Shown here one piece after another: positions 59,453 to 64,000 of a DNA stretch of 64,000 nucleotides (positions within the stretch are counted from its first letter, which is position 1; each line of letters opens with the position of its first letter). Both the position numbers and the translations under genes were made by a program. The DNA lies in contig CAZVMQ010000001.1 in assembly GCA_964628755.1 (NCBI GenBank), forward strand, positions 28,628 to 92,627, given 5' to 3'. Origin of the DNA: an uncultured Halanaerobiaceae bacterium. GTDB lineage: Bacteria > Bacillota > Halanaerobiia > Halanaerobiales > Halarsenatibacteraceae. The notes below the pieces were generated by a model. The model ran no database searches, was not told where the DNA came from, and saw nothing but the letters and a program-made list of their open reading frames with translations.

Positions 59453-60451
59453 ATGAAGCAAAATTGTGCTGTATTGGGCTGTGGAAGCTGGGGTACAGCT
59501 ATAGCAGTGTTATTGGCTCGTCAGGAACATGATATTTATCTTTATTCCCGGAGAAAACAGCAGATTAAGGATATTGAGAATAACAGAGTTAACAGTGATT
59601 ATTTTCCTCAGGTGAAGCTCCCTGAGAGTATTTATCCCACTAATAATATAAAAGAGTGTATAACAAACAGCCGTTATATTTTCATTGCGGTACCCACCTC
59701 AGCTACAAAAACTATTGCTTCACAATTAAATAAATATTTGTGTGGAAATGAAATCATAATTTCTACAGCTAAGGGGCTTGATATAAAAAGCTTTAAAACT
59801 AATTCTCAAATAATTTCTCATTACTTATCTCAGCCTGTGGCGGTGTTATCTGGCCCCACCCATGCTGAGGAGGTTATAGATTCTCTTCCGTCTGCGGCTG
59901 TAATCGCCTGTCAAAATGAAAAGATTTCTCAAGAATTACAGGAATTAATTTCTGATGATCGCTTTCGAATATACATTAACACTGATATAAAAGGTGTCGA
60001 ATTAGGAGGGGCACTAAAAAATATTATTGCAGTTGCTGCAGGAATTTCTGATGGGCTGGGTTATGGAGATAATGCTCGGGCTGCATTAATAACTAGAGGT
60101 ATCGCGGAAATGTCCCGGCTGGGAGAAGAACTTGGAGCAAATAAACTCACTTTTTCGGGTTTAACTGGTCTGGGAGATCTGGTAGTTACCTGTAATAGTG
60201 AACACAGCAGAAATCGCACTTTTGGTTATAAAATTGGGGAAGGAAAAAGTGTAAACATTGCTGAGAAAGAAGTTGGCCAGGTAGTAGAAGGAATAAAAAC
60301 TGCAAAAGCAGTATATAAACAAAAAAAACAGGGGAACATTTCTACTGATATGCCTATTACTGAAGCGGTTTATAGAGTTATTTATACTGATAAAGAACCC
60401 TTAAAAGCAGTAGACGAATTAATGACCAGAACACCCAAGGACGAAATTTAG
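59453..60451 (+). CDS. gpsA: NAD(P)H-dependent glycerol-3-phosphate dehydrogenase
   Basis: GCGSWGTA, LSGPTHAEEV, GGALKN and GLGDLVVTC.S..SRN motifs. Confidence 0.97.
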   Translation: MKQNCAVLGCGSWGTAIAVLLARQEHDIYLYSRRKQQIKDIENNRVNSDYFPQVKLPESIYPTNNIKECITNSRYIFIAVPTSATKTIASQLNKYLCGNEIIISTAKGLDIKSFKTNSQIISHYLSQPVAVLSGPTHAEEVIDSLPSAAVIACQNEKISQELQELISDDRFRIYINTDIKGVELGGALKNIIAVAAGISDGLGYGDNARAALITRGIAEMSRLGEELGANKLTFSGLTGLGDLVVTCNSEHSRNRTFGYKIGEGKSVNIAEKEVGQVVEGIKTAKAVYKQKKQGNISTDMPITEAVYRVIYTDKEPLKAVDELMTRTPKDEI

Positions 60452-60553
60452 AGGATATTCTGCCAAAAATTGAGGTGTTTTAGGCAAATAAAAGTAGAAA
60501 AGTAATAAAGTATTGAAATATAGAAAATTTTTTGCTATTTTATTGTTAGAAGG

Positions 60554-60582
60554 GCAGGAAAATTTGTACATGTCAAGAATAT
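60554..60582 (+). promoter_or_regulatory. Putative sigma-H-type promoter of hup
   Basis: GCAGGAAAA (AGGA 60556-60559), a 17-nt spacer, then GAATAT (GAAT 60577-60580). Confidence 0.65.
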
Positions 60583-60648
60583 AAGTTATTAGCAGGCATC
60601 AATATTTAAGATATATAATAAAAATAATTAAGGGGAGGTGTTAAAGTT

Positions 60649-60948
60649 ATGACCAAGACTGAATTAATTGATCATGTGGCTGAAAAGACTGGTATGACTA
60701 AAAAGGACTGCGATGAGATAATTAATGCCACTTTTGATTCTATTATGGATTATCTGGAAGAGGAATCAAAAAAAGACGAAGAGGAAAGAGATAAGGTGCA
60801 AATTATAGGTTTTGGCAGTTTTGAAGTGAGAGACCGACAGGAACGAGAGGGTCGCAATCCGCAAAACCCGGAAGAAACTATAATTATTCCGGCCAGAAGT
60901 GTTCCTGTATTTAGAGCAGGTAAAACATTTAAAGAAGCAGTTAAGTAA
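60649..60948 (+). CDS. hup: DNA-binding protein HU
   Basis: MTKTELI..VAE, IIGFGSFEVR, GRNPQ and P.FRAGK motifs; RBS GGGGAGGTG. Confidence 0.96.
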   Translation: MTKTELIDHVAEKTGMTKKDCDEIINATFDSIMDYLEEESKKDEEERDKVQIIGFGSFEVRDRQEREGRNPQNPEETIIIPARSVPVFRAGKTFKEAVK

Positions 60949-61071
60949 GGATATTTTCCTGCGATTATATTAAAAAAATATTGATTAGAGATAAAAGATA
61001 CATAATTTAGCTAAAATAGATAATGAACCAGCTAATAAAACCATTTTTATTAGAGGTTACGACTCATCCAG

Positions 61072-61098
61072 GAAGGGCATATCTGCCCTTCTTTTTTT
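61072..61098 (+). terminator. Intrinsic terminator downstream of hup
   Basis: GAAGGGCA-TATC-TGCCCTTC followed by T7. Confidence 0.85.
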
Positions 61099-61208
61099 AT
61101 TAGCTAGATTTTTCTGAAAAATAGTTCATATTTTGGCTAGCTTAAGTAATATTACTATAGTATTAATAGAGTTAAATTTATTAATTTATGCCTCTGTAAT
61201 AGGAGCAT

Positions 61209-61260
61209 AATAGGAGGAGGTCGGTAGGTTGGCCTACCAACCTACCGACCTCCTCCTATT
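61209..61260. repeat. Perfect 24-bp inverted repeat with a 4-nt loop
   Basis: AATAGGAGGAGGTCGGTAGGTTGG-CCTA-CCAACCTACCGACCTCCTCCTATT. Confidence 0.97.
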
Positions 61261-61331
61261 CTCATCCTAGGTAAAAGGTAATTTCCTGATAAAATTCAGG
61301 TTAAAACCTTTTAAATTAAATATGTTAATTT

Positions 61332-62762
61332 TCATTCCCCCGGTAACTCTTTAATCCCGGCCAGATTTTTAACCTTATCAATATAATCATTCAGTTTAAA
61401 TTTTCTTTCCAGACCATTACGGTTCATATATCTTACTTTTCCATAAATTTTTCGTTCTTGCCAGGCCCTATCATGTTTGCCAAAACACCAAGCTACCCCG
61501 CCATAACTATTAGGATCTCTTCCGTCAAGGGCATATTTATTATTGAGATATAAACAGATATCAAAGGCTTTTTTAGGGCTGTTTGACCATTCAAGAATTT
61601 TTTTGCCCCAATACATTCTCATATAATTATGTATTTTCCCCCGATGGATCAATTCTAACTGTGCAGCATTCCAGTATTTATCATGGGTAGAAGCTGATTC
61701 AAATTGATGTCTGCCGTAAACATATTCCCGTTTATCTTCCCGGTGAATATTTAAAGTTTCCCGGGCCCAATCAGGCAGAAATTCTGGAAATTTATCATAC
61801 TGGCGATTGTAATAAACAAAATTAAAACTGAGTTCTCTTCTAATTATCAGTTCATCCCAAAAATTAGCAAGAGGCAGGTTTCTTTCTTTGGCAGCTTTGC
61901 GAGTTTTAATGGCTACTTCTCGGGGGGAAATATGACCAAAATGCAAATATGGGCTCAGATCAGATTCACATTCATAGTCGGGATCGCTTCTCTTATCTTC
62001 GTACTGAGGTAATTTGTTGGCAATAAAATCATTCAATATGTTTTTTGCTGCCTGATATCCTCCGGGGAAATCACGTATTTTGGGAGTATTGTTAGTGAGA
62101 TTTAAATCGTTTAAAAATTTCTTTTTATCAGCAAATAACTCTGGCAGCTCGGAAAAATTTGGGGCTGCAGGCAAATCATCAGGCAGCTGCCAGATTTTTA
62201 AGTGATCTTCAATTTCAGGTTTCAGCTTTTTTCTTAATGTATAGGCAGCATATTCTTCTTTATGAGAAGCTATTTCGATGGGTACAATCAGATTTGAAGA
62301 TACTTCCAATAATGGCACCTGTAATTTCTTACCCAGGTTCTTACGCCAGTTTTGTGCAGGTTTAAGATAACCACTATCAGTAATAACACAGGCTGATTTA
62401 GCTGCCATAGTTTTTACTTTATCAACTGGATCGCCAATTTTTATTTTTAAATCTATTGCAGTATCTTCTAACTGTTTTTTTATCTGCTCAATACCGTCAT
62501 ACATAAAAGAAAAATGCCTGTGATTACCTTCGGGAAATTCGGGGATAAAAACAAAACCAATCACCAGGGGCAAATTCAAATTTTGGGCCAGCAATGCTGA
62601 GACAACGAGAGCTTTATTATCTTTGATTCTCTGTGATTGCTGCATCCAGTATAATATATAATCATTTTTGGGTTTGAGTTTATTATCATTGTGAAGCTTC
62701 ACTTCTTTAGGATCAAGGTTTTTGCTGGTTAAAAAGGACTTTAACTTTTTTGATGAACTCAT
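61332..62762 (-). CDS. phrB: Class II CPD DNA photolyase (start taken as the ATG at 62762 behind AGGTGGT)
   Basis: LYWMQQSQR, AYTLR, SDLSPYLHFG, ELIIRRELS.NF, GKIHNYMRMYWGKKILEW, YALDGRDPN and YGKVRYMN motifs. Confidence 0.93.
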   Translation of the reverse strand: MSSSKKLKSFLTSKNLDPKEVKLHNDNKLKPKNDYILYWMQQSQRIKDNKALVVSALLAQNLNLPLVIGFVFIPEFPEGNHRHFSFMYDGIEQIKKQLEDTAIDLKIKIGDPVDKVKTMAAKSACVITDSGYLKPAQNWRKNLGKKLQVPLLEVSSNLIVPIEIASHKEEYAAYTLRKKLKPEIEDHLKIWQLPDDLPAAPNFSELPELFADKKKFLNDLNLTNNTPKIRDFPGGYQAAKNILNDFIANKLPQYEDKRSDPDYECESDLSPYLHFGHISPREVAIKTRKAAKERNLPLANFWDELIIRRELSFNFVYYNRQYDKFPEFLPDWARETLNIHREDKREYVYGRHQFESASTHDKYWNAAQLELIHRGKIHNYMRMYWGKKILEWSNSPKKAFDICLYLNNKYALDGRDPNSYGGVAWCFGKHDRAWQERKIYGKVRYMNRNGLERKFKLNDYIDKVKNLAGIKELPGE

Positions 62763-62896
62763 ATTTATTACCACCTGTTTATAATATTATTTTGTACTGA
62801 GTTAATAATGTAAATTCAGAAGAACACTAAATCAATAAGTATCTTAATTATAAAATTACATAAAAATTATTTTATGCCTGCATATTTAAAAAAATA

Positions 62897-62925
62897 GCAG
62901 GAAAAATTTTGTTGGTCTTGAATTA
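62897..62925 (+). promoter_or_regulatory. Putative sigma-H-type promoter of ferritin
   Basis: GCAGGAAAA (AGGA 62899-62902), a 17-nt spacer, then GAATTA (GAAT 62920-62923). Confidence 0.6.
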
Positions 62926-62996
62926 TTTATAAGAGATGAAAGAATTAAAGTAAATAAATTGTTTTTACATCAATATTTTATTCTGGAGGAGTTAAT

Positions 62997-63482
62997 ATGA
63001 AAGAGAAGATATTAAATGCATTAAATGATCAGCTTAATTTAGAACTTTATTCTGCTTATATTTACCAGGCTATGGGAGCTCAGTTTGAAAGTGATGGCTG
63101 GGACGGCTTTTCATCATGGATGGACTTTCAGGCACAGGAAGAAATGGAACATGCTCGAAAGATCTATGATTTTATAAACGAAAGAGGAGAAAGGGTAGAA
63201 CTACAGGAAATAGAAAAACCGCCTTTTTCCTGGGATTCTGTACTTGCTGCTTTTAAAGATGCTCTGGCTCATGAAAAAAAGGTCACAGAGTCAATTCATG
63301 ATTTGGTTTCTTTAGCCCGGGAACATGATGATTATGCAACTGAATCTTTTTTACAGTGGTTTGTTGACGAGCAGGTAGAGGAAGAAGACTCGGTGGAAGC
63401 AATTGTGGATAAACTAGAAAAAGTTGGAGATACTGGACTGTATGTGCTGGATCAGGAAATGGGAAAAAGAGAACAGGCTTAA
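62997..63482 (+). CDS. ftnA: Non-heme ferritin
   Basis: LNDQLNLELYSAYIY, QAQEEMEHA, HEKKVT.SI and FLQWFVDEQVEEE ferroxidase residues. Confidence 0.96.
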   Translation: MKEKILNALNDQLNLELYSAYIYQAMGAQFESDGWDGFSSWMDFQAQEEMEHARKIYDFINERGERVELQEIEKPPFSWDSVLAAFKDALAHEKKVTESIHDLVSLAREHDDYATESFLQWFVDEQVEEEDSVEAIVDKLEKVGDTGLYVLDQEMGKREQA

Positions 63483-63527
63483 ATTAATTTTAGACAATTA
63501 AATTGAACTGGGCGGGCTTTAACCATG

Positions 63528-63556
63528 AGGCGGACTGTACTATTTACAGTCCGCCT
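63528..63556 (+). terminator. Stem-loop after ferritin (probable terminator, weak U-tract)
   Basis: AGGCGGACTGTA-CTATT-TACAGTCCGCCT. Confidence 0.65.
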
Positions 63557-63562
63557 TACTGC

Positions 63563-63591
63563 TTGAATGAGGCTCTAATATGAGGTATAAT
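63563..63591 (+). promoter_or_regulatory. Putative sigma-A promoter
   Basis: TTGAAT-17 nt-TATAAT. Confidence 0.55.
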
Positions 63592-63884
63592 TATCCTATA
63601 AGTGCAATTGAATTTTATCAGGTCATTAATCTAATTGTTTCTTCTCCAGAATCGTTGGTGAAATTGCCATATATGCTGTATTACCAGGACTATTCATACC
63701 TTTAATTGCCGGGGCTTATAAAGTATTGGAAGCTATAAAGCGAAGTGATACTGGAAAAATTTCCTGGTGAACAGGGTTTTATAGCTTTCAATTATATGCA
63801 TTACGAAAAGGACTAAAACTTGATTCAGCCAAATGATATGGAGAAGATCCATATAATAAAACTTCTCCGGAGCTGAAATTTCAA

Positions 63885-64000
63885 ATGATAGAATTCTTTA
63901 AAAATTTGCTGAAAAAAATAGGACTGGGTAAAAATAGCAAGCAAGATCATGTCTTGTTGTACGTAAAAGATGATAAGTGTGGAAATGTTGTGGAAGTAAG
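63885..64000 (+). CDS. Hypothetical protein, 3' end outside the window (MIEFFKNLLKKIGLGKNSKQDHVLLYVKDDKCGNVVEV...)
   Basis: ATG with GGAG upstream; frame open to the window end; absent from the ORF track because it is truncated. Confidence 0.6.
   Translation, partial: MIEFFKNLLKKIGLGKNSKQDHVLLYVKDDKCGNVVEV

Noticed and set aside
61209..61260. The palindrome as a CRISPR repeat or IS terminal repeat
   Set aside because: Only one copy is seen in the window, with no spacers, cas genes, transposase or target-site duplication
103..62365. The many 60-139 aa antisense or alternative-frame ORFs in the track (e.g. 1850-2269, 29276-29668, 43992-44342, 45935-46315)
   Set aside because: They lie within or largely overlap well-supported genes, show no recognisable motifs, and look like shadow frames
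62775..62996. Fur/PerR box between the photolyase and ferritin
   Set aside because: The candidate examined (TTGAATTATTTATAA) has four mismatches to the PerR consensus in very AT-rich DNA, which is not distinguishable from chance
63580..63705. 41-codon ORF MRYNYPISAIEF...
   Set aside because: Its ATG lies inside the predicted promoter (upstream of the -10), the RBS is weak and there are no recognisable features
63768..63770. In-frame TGA as selenocysteine in the start-less frame
   Set aside because: No start codon, no redox-motif context and no recognisable SECIS hairpin
63598..63802. 6S RNA or another known ncRNA
   Set aside because: Only short AT-rich terminal complementarity; no recognisable conserved 6S, SRP, tmRNA or RNase P motifs
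1..64000. Prophage, defence island, transposase, tRNA or rRNA
   Set aside because: Nearly all coding space is explained by housekeeping genes, and the intergenic gaps show no such signatures

Overview
This is an AT-rich, gene-dense core-chromosome segment of a Firmicute. The gene order, the lnt gene (a diderm trait) and the very acidic proteins point to a halophilic anaerobe of the Halanaerobiales type; this placement is an inference. It holds about 60 mostly housekeeping genes in conserved blocks: rluD-fusA2-lnt; rqcH (-); remA-gmk-rpoZ-coaBC-lgt-metK-UPF0104-priA-def-fmt-DUF6391-rlmN-prpC-prkC-rsgA-rpe; an FMN-riboswitch-led ribD-ribE-ribBA-ribH-thiN-malic enzyme unit; rpmB (-); yloU-fakA-fakB-recG-rsmD-coaD-dehydratase; a two-component system with ggt and ylbL; tmcAL (-); pta-ackA; DUF177-rpmF; plsX-fabH-fabK-fabD-fabG-acpP-fabF-rnc-aroH-cmk-plsC; an ispH-rpsA fusion; DUF512-der-plsY-gpsA; hup; a class II photolyase (-); ferritin; and a truncated hypothetical ORF. 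I found no mobile element, CRISPR array, rRNA or tRNA, and no clearly new multi-gene system. The best leads are: (1) a perfect internal Shine-Dalgarno plus ATG at the IspH/S1 junction, suggesting two proteins from one ORF; (2) an unannotated, promoter-preceded, GC-rich perfect 24-bp palindrome between hup and the photolyase (candidate small RNA); (3) four sigma-H-type promoters in front of fusA2, ispH-rpsA, hup and ferritin, in a region lacking its usual sporulation genes; (4) a rib operon inserted between rpe and thiN, apparently bringing thiN and malic enzyme under FMN-riboswitch control; (5) a Thermus/PVC-type L28 and an HU with an acidic insertion.
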